The notes beneath the pieces were generated by a model that had not been told where the DNA came from, did no database searches, and saw nothing but the letters and a program-made list of their open reading frames with translations. 64,000 bases of DNA from NCBI RefSeq assembly GCF_009914755.1, contig NC_060928.1; one strand, 5' to 3'. The position numbers and the translations under genes were made by a program. The DNA comes from the human T2T-CHM13v2.0 reference genome, Homo sapiens. Positions within the stretch are counted from its first letter, which is position 1. Every line of letters starts with the position of its first letter. Positions 27,501 to 41,430 of the stretch are shown piece after piece.

Positions 27501-27731
27501 CAAGGTCATTGAAGAGCCTGTCTCCACAAGCCTCTAAATCAATCCTTTCATTATTGATTGGCTTGGCAGGAGATAAAAATGCAGTGACCTTTGCCATTTT
27601 GAGGGAGTAAGGCATCCACCATTCAGTCACTTTACTATTTGGTCTTGTTTAAGGAAAATATTTTTTTCCAGAATATTTTACCTTAAACAGAGAAGTCATT
27701 AAACCTGACTCAAATCAGGTTAATTACTGAG
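27501..27731. promoter_or_regulatory. Candidate enhancer (HNF4/ONECUT/HNF1/GATA/AP-1 motif cluster)
   Basis: CAAGGTCA 27501, TATTGATT 27552, AGATAA 27571, TGACCTTTGCCAT 27585, TGACTCA 27706, GGTTAATTACTGAG 27718. Confidence 0.4.
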
Positions 27732-30078
27732 TTCCAGCACCAGCTTCTCCCTCCTGCCCCTCCAATTCTCCCCAGATATAGATGGTGAAGAGACACTAAA
27801 AATCATCAGTATGTGGGAGGCCCCTTCTCTAACCTCTTTTCTTCATCCACACAATTGACAAGTGCAAAACCAGCCTATAAGGAAATAAAAGAACTTCTTT
27901 CTCAATAAGAGCTTGGTGACACATTAATCTAAAGCAACATTGCTCCAAGGCTGCAAACTAGAACAGGCTCAACTCAGAGCAATGATTGTCTAAAATGTCC
28001 CTAGTGAACAATTTGAAGGAAGAGTCCTTCCCTCTATAGCCACAGAAGGTTATCAGAGCAAAACCTTATCTGTCATAAGACTCCCCAGATATCAAGTTCA
28101 GTGAGTGCCTAATCCCAGGAGCTGTTCTGCTGGAGGGAAAAGTGATTTCAGGCACTTCGCAGCCAGCTCAGTGCAGGGGGCTGGAGGATGATGTTATGGG
28201 AAGCTGGTATTTACAGCTCAGCCTTGCCAGCACCAATGAGGAAGAGTGTTGGAGCAGATGTTAGTTTTCCAGTATTTTTACACTCCTTTGGAAAGAGAGA
28301 TTTCTTATTTCTCTTCCAAATTTCTATCACATTTGCCTGTTTATTAGATACTGCTACATAGTCTGTTTAGTAGCCAAGATCATCATGGCAATGGTCATTT
28401 ATTTACAATCTAAGCTAAAATAAATTAACTTGAGTCAATTATCAGCAATCTATCTTAACTTAGATACTGTATAAACTTTAACACCACAGAAGATAGGTCA
28501 TTGTCAGCATACTTCTTTTTATTTCCCCCCAGAGAATAAGGACAACTGATATACGAGAGATAAAAGAAATATTATGAATTACTTTCCAAATGAGTGGAAA
28601 GAAAGATAATGTAAAAGGGATGCTTCCTTTTTGTCTGTATTGCATGTAGTACTCTCTCTTTGTAAGTTAGATGCTTAGGAAGAAAGATCTACTTTATTAT
28701 AGTAGCTTAGCACTAAGTGGTCCTCTAAGAGAATCAAAGTCCAACCACTCTCTTAGCAAATAGTTTGAAACTGGAGAATGATTTAGAAGTAAGTAGAATC
28801 TCATTGATCAGCTTTTCCATTTTCTTGCAATGGTGAAGAATGTTTCAGTTTAATATAAAATACAGGCCTTTTTTGACATCAATAATTTATGAAAATAAAA
28901 TATTTTATGAAGATTTCCTATATATCCACAAAATACTCTTCTCTTTGAAACAGAAATTTTGTGAAAAGGAAGAATGTTAATCACTATCTGAATGTAATAT
29001 CAAGAGCTGTTCTCATAAAAGGCACATCTTTAGATTCTTTCCCTCCCCAAGAATCAAAGAATCACACATGAGCTTATTTGTCAGCTATAGTTTTTAAAAT
29101 AGACAAAGCAAGAATTTTATGCTCAAGTAATTCCAGATCTTTCTGAAACCAATACTGTCAGATAAGTTGTAAAAAAAAAAAAAAAATCCATCATTACTGC
29201 CACTATCAAACCACTGAATATCTGTTTATTCTCTTTAATGTATGACAGAGATAAAGAGTTTTCTAAAAAGGTACTCTATTGCCTTAAAAATAGTCTTGCT
29301 TTAGGACACAGACTATTATCACCACAATCAAAGCTACCTCTTCGGCGCTTAGAATGCAATAAGACATAAGAAAGAAAATTACCATGAGATATGAGGCTGA
29401 AGAACTTGAATTGTATGTTGCTTTCCACTATTAAGAACAGTCTGCACTATTAGCCTTTCTCTGAGTGTTCAGAGATGTAATTTGTAATGGTACTTCAAGA
29501 ACATATTGTATGTCCTTGCTTTATTTGAGCAAAAAAATAGAAATCGAATCATTGTTGTACCATTTTCTCTTCAATAATTGCTGTCCATGTTGCAGTTGTC
29601 ACTTCTATATGATAATTTAAAGATAAGTCAGAGTGTATAATGCATAATATTCAACCTCTCTCTTCTTGGTGATCATTCTTCCAATTATTTTCTTTGGTAA
29701 AACAAAAAACTAAGACCTACATCAGTTTTCCTTACACACCACCAATACTAATGTAATTCAAATTCTCACCACGTTTCCCCTTCCCCTAGGTTTACCTCAT
29801 TCTGCATTAATGTTCTAATCCTTACTTTACTATAGCAGAATAAGTATATTATTCATAAACCATTGAGCCTCAACCAAAAGGCCTCGTGTGGTGTAAATTT
29901 CAAGTACCCTGCTATTGGTAAGATATTTTACAACACAGAAGTCATTTAAGAATGTCTAAGCCACTGTTATTTTCCAAGATTTAAAAGAGCAAAAATGTTA
30001 ATGAAAATAAAATTCTACCTTTACACTGCAAAATTATACTTTACTTTTGTCTACATTGGAAAGCATTTTACATAAAGC

Positions 30079-30754
30079 TGTGCAAGAAATTATCTCTCAG
30101 CTCCAAATCTATTTGTCCATTCTGTAAACTTCATTGTGATGCTATGGCTGAGACTCTCAAAACCATGTTTATCCTGACTCTGATGGCTCTATGTTAGGCT
30201 CTTCTAACAGGGAGCCCAGATGGAAACTGAAAAGCCTGGTGAAGAAAGAAGAAATATTGTTTTCCTATGGGCTAGCTGACTGCCTGCTATTCCTAACAGC
30301 ATCACCCTAGCTGTTTTGTTTGCCCAAGGAGCAGCTGCTCCTTCCTGTAATAGCAGCTGAAACCAGTTTGCAATACTTCCAACATTTGCAGTACTATTGC
30401 ATGGCTTTCAGAGATACTAGAGCTAGCCTGACCCATGTTCCCTCTGCAGAATGAATTTCAGGTCTATGGGTCTTGTCCAAGTTCACCATTAGTGGGATAA
30501 ATTTCAGCTCTACTAGTCCTTTCCTCCAAGATCTAAGTTTTAATAACTCCAAAGTCTTCTCTCTATTCCCTACCTCTAGAGCTGGAAGCTGCATCCTACA
30601 GTTGCCACTTCTGTGATTATTTGCAGTTCTCTTTTACCCTTTCATTGATTTTATTAACAACAATCTTATATCTAGTTAACAGTTACTTACATTTAATATC
30701 TATGTTCAAATAACTGGCGTGGTTTCTGTTCCCTGATGGACCCTGATTGATTCA
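30079..30754 (+). mobile_element. ERVL solo LTR (LTR41/LTR33A-like)
   Basis: ctccaaatc...tgtgatgctatggctgagactct...tgttcaaataactggcgtggtttctg...gaccctgattgattca terminus. Confidence 0.78.
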
Positions 30755-32583
30755 ATCACCCTATAGGGGCTGTTAGAGAAAGCATTTTTGTCCCCATTTC
30801 AGAAAGGGTAACATTTTGTTAATCACTTGATAAGAGAAAAACCTGGGACTTGGACTCAGTTATCAAATCCATTTATAGCACCTTTTCCATAGAAACTACT
30901 TCCTTTTGGACACTGAATAAAATTCTTCTCCTAAATGCTCTACATATCCAGTCAAGAAACGTAGAAAATAAATAAGTTGGCCAAGATGAACATGGCTATT
31001 AAAGTCAGATCTTTTGTACAAAGCCCCAGCTTAATTTTCACATCAAGGCTCTTCAATTTCAATAATTTCTAATAGTATTAAGAGTTGGGGTTAAAATGTA
31101 TTGTTATTCTTGTAGTATAATAAATGGTCATGATCTGTTAAATGTGAGCACATTGAAGAATGCCAAAACAATACTTGTGAGCTCATTATTTCCTATATAG
31201 TTTTAAAAGTGGAACTGAAAAAGCAAAAGCAAAATACTAAATGCAATATAGCTCTCTTTTACATTTGCTTGCTGCCAGATATTCTATAAATATAAAAACA
31301 GATCTCGGAAGCTGCTGTTTAGAATATAAGTAATGAATTTCCTGATGGGGTGTTCAGTAAAATTTTCCAGACATGAGCTTTCTTCCTCTGGTTGGCCAAA
31401 TAGTGTGTTTTTCCCTCCTGTCTGCCCAGCGAATGTGTTTCTAAAGACCGCTTTGTGTTCCTGAAAATCACAGGAATTCCTGTATAGTACAACGAAGGCC
31501 CTGGCAGCAAAGCCTAATCAAGTTGAAGAAAGCACCACAAATACTTCCCAAATGGCTTTCTTCCACAATTGGCAGTATTAAGACAACAAAAGAAAGTGAA
31601 AACAAAGGCTACAAAAATAATACATCAACTTTCCTTCTTCTCTCCTCATTTGCTTCCAGGTCCTCAAGACTGAAACACACACACATAGATTAAAAGTACA
31701 ATTATATCTGTAGTACCTATCATATTCTGTATGATGTGAAAATGATATTTGTAATTATAAATTAATATATATCATATATATATATTACTTTTCTACACCA
31801 AAAATATTCCCAACCCATATGTGTACATGTCTTACCAGGAGTTTAACAAATTCACTTGCTACTTTAATATAATAGGATCATACTTCAGCTCCCTTTTGGG
31901 GGTTTATGGCACACCACTAACAGAGAACAAAGTAAGAAATGAGAAAAACAGAAACCCTTCCACCTCTCTAATTACATTTTGTTAATTAAACACCTATGAA
32001 AGTGTAAACACTCATTCTTATAAACTGAATATTATCAGGATTTGCCTTGAGAAATTCATGGTAAATATTATAACAGCATCCGAATTGCCTGTACTTATTA
32101 CTGAATACAGCCTGTTGTGTAGGAGGCAATATCCTATAAAAGTCACATGCTACGTTATCCATGGAAACTTTAGCTGATGACAAGTGGCCTATTCAGTTAC
32201 AAATATAGTCACTTAGAAATATAGGGTGGTGTTTTTTCAGCTCACTACCCATATAACTAAACTCCTGTCACTTGACTTTAGAGATTATCTGTATTTTGGA
32301 ACATAGAAGCCCAATGTGCTACCACCGAGGATAAAAGGTAAAAGGTAAAAAGCATTAAAAGGTAAAAAGCCACTAAATGCGTACTTTTTAAAAGTCCATT
32401 ATAAAAAACGATGTCTTCAACCTTTTATTAATGAGGCGCAGCTGTGAATAGTCTACTTTCATCTTATTAAAACGTCTACAGGTAATGAATAGAGAGCGTG
32501 ATAATATATTCCTCAGGAAAGTTTCAAGACTTTGAAAACAGAACCTTATATTGCAATGCTTTCTAAGTTGCAAGCATAAATAT

Positions 32584-32602
32584 TAGCCTCTAGGGGGAGC
32601 GC
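32584..32602 (+). promoter_or_regulatory. CTCF-like motif
   Basis: TAGCCTCTAGGGGGAGCGC versus consensus TGGCCACCAGGGGGCGCTA; core positions are retained. Confidence 0.6.
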
Positions 32603-34109
32603 TAGGCTCTTCCCCTTAGATTTTCTAAATGCTAAGTCAAGAAAAGAGGAAAAAATTCCATTCCCCTAAGAGAGAATGATCCAACTGGTCAGATTCCAGG
32701 ACATTGATTGGACCATGTTTTGTGGGACTGAAGCTTTCAGAAGTTTTTAAAAGGTCAGCATAAGCAATAACTTCTCTTCTCAGACTCTCCATGCCTTCCA
32801 TAGGTGGCAATCAGACTAAATCTCTGCCCTGGCAAACTACTTTTTCTTTCTCTCTCTGTATATATACGTGCATATACATATATACATACAGATGCATATA
32901 CAACTGCATCTAGGATTATCTGATTGCTGCCTTTGCTTAGCCACTTATGTCCATGTCCTTGAAGATAAATATTGTACAAAGGAATATTTGGCTTTTTGGT
33001 GCACTGCCCATAATATCACAGCACCCAAGATCTTTCTCTAATTTCTAATAGCATTTGCAAATAGTATAGAGTTTGTTTATTTTAAAGTTGCACAGAATGC
33101 CATTACCTAGCTTAGTGACTTTGGGCAGATCACCCTGTTCTGTGAGTCCCACTCTCCTCACTAAATGGTTTCTAAAATGTTTTTGATTCCAAAATTCTAT
33201 GAGTTTTTATCTTCAACAATTTTTTCCCAATGCTAAATGAAATTTTGTTCAATAACTCTTGGTGGTCTAAGTCATTTCCCCACTGTGTGATTTAATTGAC
33301 ATAATGCCGTTCAAGGTCACAGAGCAAAACCTAAAACATCTAGCAAGCACATAAAAATTCAAGTCAAATGCATACAACCAGTCAGCTGCAAAGATCTCAA
33401 ATGCAATAGCCGAAACCACCTAAGCAGACAAATCTAAATAGCAAAGTCACAATCTGCCTTTTATCTAGCATATTGGGTATCTTGTGCCACGAACCTTCTC
33501 AGAGCCTTGGGACATGGGCTCAGCAAATGTGTATGCTGACTCTTACACCTAAAAATTCAGTAGAAGCACAGATCATCTTCCTGAATGTGCCAGCAGATCT
33601 TTATCCCATAACTATGTGCAATTCAAACACAGGTTTGGATGAGTACGGCTCATTTATATGTAGGAAGAACAGAATTTTCACAGGAAAAGCAGAGTGGAAG
33701 ATTCTTGTGTCCCCCACAGACCTGGAGTTCTTGTCTATTTCCATTCGGTACCTTTTATCTATCTTGGGCATTTAAGGAATAAACCGGCCAGAACAATTCA
33801 GATGGAAGACAAAAAATAAAATAGAATCATTAGTTCCAATTCTTCCAGAGAATTCATCTAACAAAATGAGCTGGTGTTATGGGAGGTAGAACAAAGAGAA
33901 TCCTAAATTGTATTTAATCCAATAGCTTTACTTCACTAGTTAGAAAACTGAAACTTAGCAAGGTCCAATCTTTCATTGGAATGACCTTTATTTTGAGCTT
34001 ATTTTAGATGTTATTATGTGCTTTGCCATAATGGGGAAAGGTGAATGGAAAATTCTGCCTTCGCATATTCCAGAGATTAGGGAGACAAGCTAAATATACC
34101 TAACTAACA

Positions 34110-34591
34110 TACGGCTAGTTATCTATTTCTGTATAACAAAGCGAGGACTTAATGGCTTGATGGTGATTTATCACTTCTCACAGTTCTGTGAGTTGACTAG
34201 GCAATTATGTTTGTCTCATCTGGGCTCACTCATGGGGTTCAGATAGCTTGTGGCTCGTGGCTCGAGTGGGGCTTGGGACTCTAAGATGGCTTCATTCACA
34301 TGCCTAGGGCCTCAGTAGGATGACTGGCATGGCCCTGAAAACTGCGAAGCTCTCTCTCTGTGCAAACTTTCACCTGGACTTTTTATATGATTCTGGAAGT
34401 ATTCCAAGAAGGCAAAAGTAAAAACTGCAAAGCGTCTTAAAATAGAAGTTCAGAAGCCACATTATATCACTTCTGTTGCATTCTATCAAAGCAAGTCACA
34501 AGGACAGATCAGTTTCAAAGAGTGGGAAAATAGACTCCACCTCTTTATAGGAGGAGCTGCAAAGAATCTGTGGTCGTATTTAATCTAACAC
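34110..34591 (-). mobile_element. MaLR solo LTR (MLT1H-like)
   Basis: tctcacagttctgtgagttgact...aagatggcttcattcacatg...aagcaagtcacaagg...tagactccacctct...ggaggagctgcaaaga. Confidence 0.85.
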
Positions 34592-35249
34592 ATCCGGACA
34601 ACAGAGAGAAATCAGGAAGTTGAATGAGATGCAGATTTGCTCTTTTTTTTCCCCCCACCAGAATATGTATTTAAGGATAGAAGTGATGTTACAGGTCATT
34701 AATTTATTTATTCAGATATTTCAGTATTTTGACTTCTGACAAATCAAACCCATGCCAATGCTATGCTTTTATACAATTTCTACATCATAACTGGCACTCA
34801 CTAAACCCACAATCAACAATGAAGAAAAAAGTAGGCACAGGCATGTTTCATAGAAACTAAAATAGACTTGGTCAGCTTATTTATTAAGCACATATTCTTA
34901 TCTACTATGAAAAGTCATGACCTTCTTAGCTGAGGAAAGCAATTACTTTTGCACAGAGAATCTTTATATAACAACACAAAGGATATTCAAAATTTACCAG
35001 TTTCTGGCAAGACTAAAGCACTTAAGGCAGGCAGTGTTAATCATGCAAACTTTGTGAAGCAATTCAGCTTATCAGAGCATGAGATGAACGAAGTCAAAGC
35101 TTTGATCCTCAGATAGGCCAATATATTTCATGGAGAGAAGCCTTTTTTTTTTTAACATAAGGATAGCTTTGATCACTTCTTCAACTACTGAGTCTTTTCT
35201 TAACCTCAAGAGAAATGAACAGAATTCAATAAGATTACCTATTTTTAAA

Positions 35250-35720
35250 ATGCCACATACTCCAATAGATACTACTGGGGCTACAAAAAATTAGAACGAT
35301 GTAGTTTTATCCTCCCCAAATCTTTCATATTGATAAGGGCAAAAAATAGGATGACACAATTGGTTTACAATGTATAAAATGATAAAGTGCTGGACAGAAG
35401 GTACAAATTACAATACAAGTTCAAAAGAGAAAGATTATATTAGTTAATCTAGAAAATGTACAAAGGAGGTGATATTGGCAGAATACCTTTAAAGATGGGG
35501 TAAAACTTTTGCCAGGGGAGAAAGGCATTCTAGATAAAAGGGAGAGAGGAGAGCAGTGAGTGTTGATTTGAAAATAAGAAAGGGTAATTCAATTGTGTAA
35601 GAATGAGAATGTACAGAGATGTGTGGCCTACTTTTCTCAGAGACAGGGATCAAGTAAGGGAGAAATCTAAATCTTATATAAATGTTTGAAATGATATGAG
35701 AAGGAAATGTGAGGAAAGCT
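35250..35720 (-). mobile_element. L2 fragment
   Basis: Diverged purine-rich antisense L2 text (aaggaggtgatattg...aaggcattctagataaaagg). Confidence 0.55.
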
Positions 35721-35849
35721 TGGATAGCTTTCCATCCAGAACTCAAGGGTTGGGGATCCTGGTTAGCAGGAGAGCAAAGACCAGGACCTGCAGGAGTGAT
35801 GAGGAGCTGGGAGGATAAAAGGTTGCTCTTGAGTTAGTAAGGTTTCAGT

Positions 35850-36765
35850 TGTGAAGTAGTACAAATAACATATTTGGTTTCTGCTCTTAGTTCCTGGCAC
35901 AGAACCCTAAAACCTTTGTAATTTCCTGAGTGATAGAAGTGTTAGGTGCATCTTTTGTCCTTTTATTTGGTCTTTGGCCTCAGTTCCTGACATAGAGCTT
36001 CTAATTCCTTGGAACTTTTTGGGTGATCAGAGGGTCTTTTATTCTAATGAGGTGACTCTTGGTGGGATGCTGGATGGCGGCTGGTCACCAGGAAGACCAA
36101 GGCATGGTTACAAGTTTGGAGCTTTTAGCCCCAGCCCTCATCCTGCAGGAAGGGGTGAGGGATTACACATTGAGTTAAAAATTGATTATGCCTACTTGAT
36201 GAAGCCTCAATAAAGAACCCTAAACTACTGAGTTCAGAGTGCTTCCAGGCTGGTGAATACAACTATGTGCCAAGAGGGGGCACACCCCAACTTTACACAT
36301 ACAAAAGCTCTTGCACACAGGATCTTGCCAGACCTTGCCCTATTTACCTCTTCATCTGGGCTGTTCAGCTGTATCCTTTAAAATATCCTTTGTGATAAAT
36401 TAGCAATAGTAAGTAGAATTGCTTTTCTGAGCTCTGTGAACCACTTTAGGAAATTATCCAACACTAGAAGGGGATGGCGGGAATCTCTGATTTGTAGCCA
36501 AGTCAGACAGAAATTGTGAATAATCTAGGGACCCACTACTTGTGATTAGCATCTGAAGTGAGGGGCAGTCTTGTGGTACTGAGCCCTTAACCTGTGGGGT
36601 CTTTGCTAACGGCACTGGTTAGTCTTAGAATTAAATTGCTGAACACACAGTTGATGTCCACAGGGATTGGGAGAATTGTTTGATGTGGAAAACCCACACA
36701 TCTGGTCACAGAAGTGTTGAGTGTGAGTGTGAATATGGTGACAAAAAATACCTTTTTCCCATATA
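35850..36765 (+). mobile_element. MER21-family solo LTR
   Basis: agttcctggcacagaaccctaaaacc...ggctggtcaccaggaagaccaag...gcatctgaagtgaggggcagtcttgtggtactgagcccttaacctgtggggtct. Confidence 0.9.
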
Positions 36766-37099
36766 TTTACATGGCAATTCTACCACTTTCGTAGGGATAA
36801 ATTGGAGGGCAGACACTCAAACCTCCCTTTTCTCCTCAGACAAACCTCAGAAATAGTGAAACCTATAGATTATGGGGAGAGGCCTCATCTTTATCTAGGA
36901 AAGTCCTCATATTCATCAACATGAGTACTGAATAAGATGGGTATTAAATAGATGATTTTCACAGTCTTTTCTGGCATTAGCATTTTATGATTTTGTGCTT
37001 TTGCCTCTAGTAAATCTTATTATTTTGTCTATAGTAAATCCTTGACCTCTTAACTAGTTGTAATTATTTTCAAATACAGAGACAACCACAGAAAATAAC

Positions 37100-37360
37100 A
37101 TACTTGCATTATTGTGGATATACATGTTTGTGAAAGATGTAAAATATTCATAGAATAATGCAAATTAAATTGAGGACAGTTGATATTTTTTGAATTGAAG
37201 TAAGAAAAATAGGATCAAGAAAGGACACACAAAAGACTTGATATGTTTCTTTACATCTTCCTTTAAAAGTAAAACTAATGTGAATATGGTAAAATGTTAC
37301 AATTAATAGTAGGTAGAGGGATATTTGATATGTTTCTTACAATGTATGTAGAGATTTTGT
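37100..37360 (+). mobile_element. Old L1MC/ME 3' end fragment
   Basis: gaatatggtaaaatgttacaatt...ggtagaggg pattern. Confidence 0.5.
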
Positions 37361-37799
37361 TCATATCAACTGCTTTAACAGTGTGAACATACAATTTATC
37401 TACATATTACATTTTAATGAACCTTTAGTTTTCTTGAAATTTTATACTAATATGAAAAAAATATTGCAAGGAAATTCTGGGAGACTGGTGGCAATACTGC
37501 CTAAACATCACAGTTATCTGAGGAATTTTTTAAAAATACATAGGCTTTATTCTAGAGGTATGCATTCCATTTTGTTTTTACATCATGGTAGACCTAGAAA
37601 ATAATATTTATAGGGTGCACTGGGGTAAAGAGAAAAGTTTACTAATAGACTGTGAAAGAGGACCAGCCATGTCTGCCTCAGCAAGCACACCCAGCACCCC
37701 AAGGGCTGAGAAGATTCAAATCTCAATAGATTGCAAACTTCTTAATTTCTAACATAGCAATGTTCCAGGAACACTGGATGAACAGCTCTACTCTAGAAC

Positions 37800-37993
37800 A
37801 GAGATTATAAAATTTAGCTGCATATTAGAATCTTCCCAGGAGCTTTTAAAAAACTGCTACGCCTAGGCTATACCCCGGAATGATTAAATTAGAATATCTG
37901 ACAGTAGGATCAAGACATCAGTGATTTATAAAAAAAAAAAAAAAAAAAAAACTCCCAGGTGATTCCAGCATGCAGCCAAGGTTGAGAGCCATG
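37800..37993. mobile_element. MER5A with expanded internal A run
   Basis: gctgcatattagaatc...ctcccaggtgattccagcatgcagccaaggttgagagcca. Confidence 0.85.
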
Positions 37994-37998
37994 TCGAG

Positions 37999-38130
37999 CA
38001 GTATCTCTCAAATTCCTCCCACGATAACAATCACCTAGAATACTTGTTACAAATGCACATGCCCACACTTTAAACCCTTCAGCAGCTGGCTTGGGAAGCT
38101 GTATGCTTAACAATGCCTCAGGTATATGCC
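37999..38130. mobile_element. MER117/MER5-like hAT element
   Basis: cagtatctctcaaatt...gataacaatcacctagaatacttgttacaaatgcac. Confidence 0.6.
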
Positions 38131-38517
38131 TAGATGCAACATTGCTGTGTCTCAACTGAGCAGTGGTGAGAGGGCTACTTTAGAGCCACTTGAAAGTCCT
38201 TATTTGTTGGAGCAATCAATGTGGCAAGTCATCTTGCTGTTTCGGATACTTTCCGTGTTTTAGAGGGCTATTCTGACCTAGGTACTGCAATACTGGGTCT
38301 GGCTGCTATTGGAAAAATTAGTTCAGAAATCATCAGGAAATGATCCCAGCCTGTGGAGGAGCTGTATAGAAAGTAGCTGTTTGCTGGTACATATCATATT
38401 GTCCATTGTGACAGGAAATAACCTTTGAGAGTCTAGCCACAGAATTCTTTCTTCCCTTTCTTTAAAAGACTGTAAAGAACACTGGCAAAAAACAAACAAA
38501 CAAACAAAAAAAAAAAA

Positions 38518-38735
38518 CAGGCTCTGGAGCCAAACGGCCTTGGTAAATCCAGGCTCCACTAAACAACTAATTGCAATCTTGGGCAATGCAATTAATCTAA
38601 CCATGCCTAGGTTTCCTTCTTGTAAAAATAGTCACAATAATAACAGTACCTACCCTCATGTTGTTGTCACAAAGATTAAATAATTATAAATGCCTAGAAT
38701 TTAAGTGTTTAAGAAAGATGATTAGTATTACTATT
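38518..38735 (+). mobile_element. MIR
   Basis: caggctctggagccaaac...cttgggcaa...gtttccttcttgtaaaaat...aataacagtacctacc. Confidence 0.85.
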
Positions 38736-40264
38736 ACCAATTTACACTTCTCAGTTCTTCCCTCGTTCAAGTATTCTTACATTTTTATCATCTAAACCTC
38801 GTCCCATTTTTACCCTCCCAAATTCCTATTCCTTTATTTTCACTGATTGTAACAAAGGAAAAACAAAGCAGTAAAATGCCAAAATTCTTAACTATTTATC
38901 AGATAACAAATTCTACATATTTTCTAAAATATATTAAGTACTTTCCTCTCCTTTTTTGCCACAATTATCAATAAGTAATGTTGAGAAGATAATAACACAT
39001 TGACTGTATCTAGCTTTATGCTTTATGCTATTCAGATTCAATTATTTCAAGGATGTCTAGCTTTTGGTATCCCATACTTACTTTAATAACTTGTTATAGA
39101 GTTAAAATAACCTTTTTGGGCAGGAAATCAGGAAATTCTTTTTCATGTCAAAGTTTATCCGATCATGCTGAACTTTAATCCCATTTTCTCTAGGTTTGTT
39201 TTCTGTGCCCATTTAAAAAAATGGAACTTCTGAAAACTATTATTACATGATATTGATTGTAGAAAGAACTTCAAAGCTTTAAAAATTATACTAGAATGTT
39301 ACAATATGTTTTTGAGTTAAATTTCATATATAAGAGGGCCTTTAAAGAAATATTAAAAGAAATAGCATAATTTTAACATTTAGGTAATTTTAACCATAAA
39401 ATGGCCCCCATTATAGACCCTGAGATCAGGATTCTGTTAACATTTCTATGATTTCTGATTCTAATGTTCATATAAATATAATACACACACAACCAGTAAT
39501 TATGATGAACCATTTCAGAGACTGCTATCTATAAGGGTAAATGAGTAGCCAATCTGGCAGATATAAAACCAGGGTCAAATTACAAAACTTGCTCACTTAA
39601 GACTTTTAACATTATTTAGTACTTTGTTTTGTTCCAGAGAAGAGGGTGGTTACCTAAAACTATCTGGGTTTTGTGCTGCATAGAAAGATGTTAACAGTCA
39701 AGGTGGTTCAAAATCATCATTGCAGAAGCAAACACAGTTGAGACCTGGGAAATTCATAGGTTACCCTGAACGTACATATCACACGTTTTTATTTCCAACG
39801 ACTACTTCATTTTACAAAGACAAGTGTAGTTACTAATACACTGAAAATAATTAGTGCTAAAATCCCTCTCTAGGCTGTGAAGAATTTGGGTCATTTCAGG
39901 GAGAGTGTAATATCTATATTAATTCTGCAAATCCCACAGGATCCAGGTCAGAGAGCTATACACTGCAGGAAAGAAAACCATACTTTTACATAATAGTCAC
40001 GATGATGGTTATGGTGACTACAATGATGGAATGCCATTTAATTATGTCAATTCACAAAAATAGTGATTATCATTTATAACATGTTAGGTGGAAAAAGTAG
40101 ATTCTAATTGTCATACGAATACAGAAACCTACCAAAGTGACTCAAAATCTGTATCAGTACTTTTGTTGTAAGAGCTGAATTTCACCAAGGGCAAATATTT
40201 ATATATACATATCTATATACATGTTATTTTGTATTGTTTGTGTGCATGTGCTATTGTTTGCTCT

Positions 40265-41430
40265 TTGAGTGTCATCCTTGATGCTTTCTCTTTACTTCAG
40301 CTACTTTATCCTATTGTTCACTAAGTCCATTTGATTTTCCCTTCTAGGTATATCTAAATCCAACCCCTTTTCTCCATTCCACTGCCAATACACCAGTCCA
40401 CCCACCATCATCTGTTCTGTTTTCTTCCATCCCCATTTAAACTATATTGCACTTCATGGCTACTGTGATCATTTAGAAGTACAAATAGGTTTATGTTTCT
40501 TCTCTACTTAAATCCACTCAGTAGATTCCTAAGTTAGATAAAATTAAATTAGAATATCTTCAAAACCCTTTATGAAGTGGCCCTACTTATATCCCTAATC
40601 TTTGAAAACTAATATCTGAAACTAGCCTAATCTGTGAAAAGGGCCTGGAATAGTACTGGTAGGTGGGAGAGGCACTGCTATTTCCCTACTTTATGTCGAT
40701 TCGCCACTTCTTCCTTACTTGTAATAATCCAAATTTTGTTAGGATTGGCAATTATCCCAGTTTTCCTTGTAGTTAGATTTAGCTATCAGATTTCAGCCAA
40801 TGATGTGTAAGTGAATATATATGCTAAGGGCCTTCTTTCAAGTTTCCACTTGAATATTATTGCTTAAAGAGGCTTTCTCTAATTATCCTATATAAAATTA
40901 GGTTCTTTATTGTTAATTTCTCTCATGAAATCCTGTTTCTTCATAACATTGATTAAAATTTGTAATTATATCATGTATTTATTGGTTTGTTAGTGTCTGA
41001 TCCCTCTGCAAGGTCTGTAATGACCATTTCTACCTTATTTATAGGTGGATATTGTCACCTTTTATTATCACAATATTATATATATGATAGTAGACAAAAG
41101 AATGAAAATAATTAATTTTATAAGTAATTATCAAACATTATAAATAATAAATCTATTATGTCAGCAAACATTTGCCACACATTTATTTTGCTTAAACAAT
41201 CACTCTTCACACTGTAGGAGATATAACAGTAAATATGACATGGCTAGTTCCAGTAAGAAGGACACATTCTAGTGCAAAAGTAAAACATGAACACAAACAA
41301 CCGTAATGTATGACAGGTGTCATAAGTATGACACAGATGTTAGAGAAGTTTAGAGGAGAGAGAGAGATCCCTATGAACTGGGATGCTGGGAAGAGATTAT
41401 GGGAGAATTAATGTCTAAGTTGACAATAAA
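40265..41430. mobile_element. Cluster of L2 fragments (+ to about 41100, - from about 41160) with a probable MLT1 piece at about 40680-40830
   Basis: gagtgtcatccttgatgctttctc...ttctccattccactgcca; gaggctttctctaattatcc; cagcaaacatttg.... Confidence 0.6.

Noticed and set aside
30201-30219. CTCF site expected in LTR41-type elements
   Set aside because: Degenerate here (cttctaacagggagcccag); core positions are lost.
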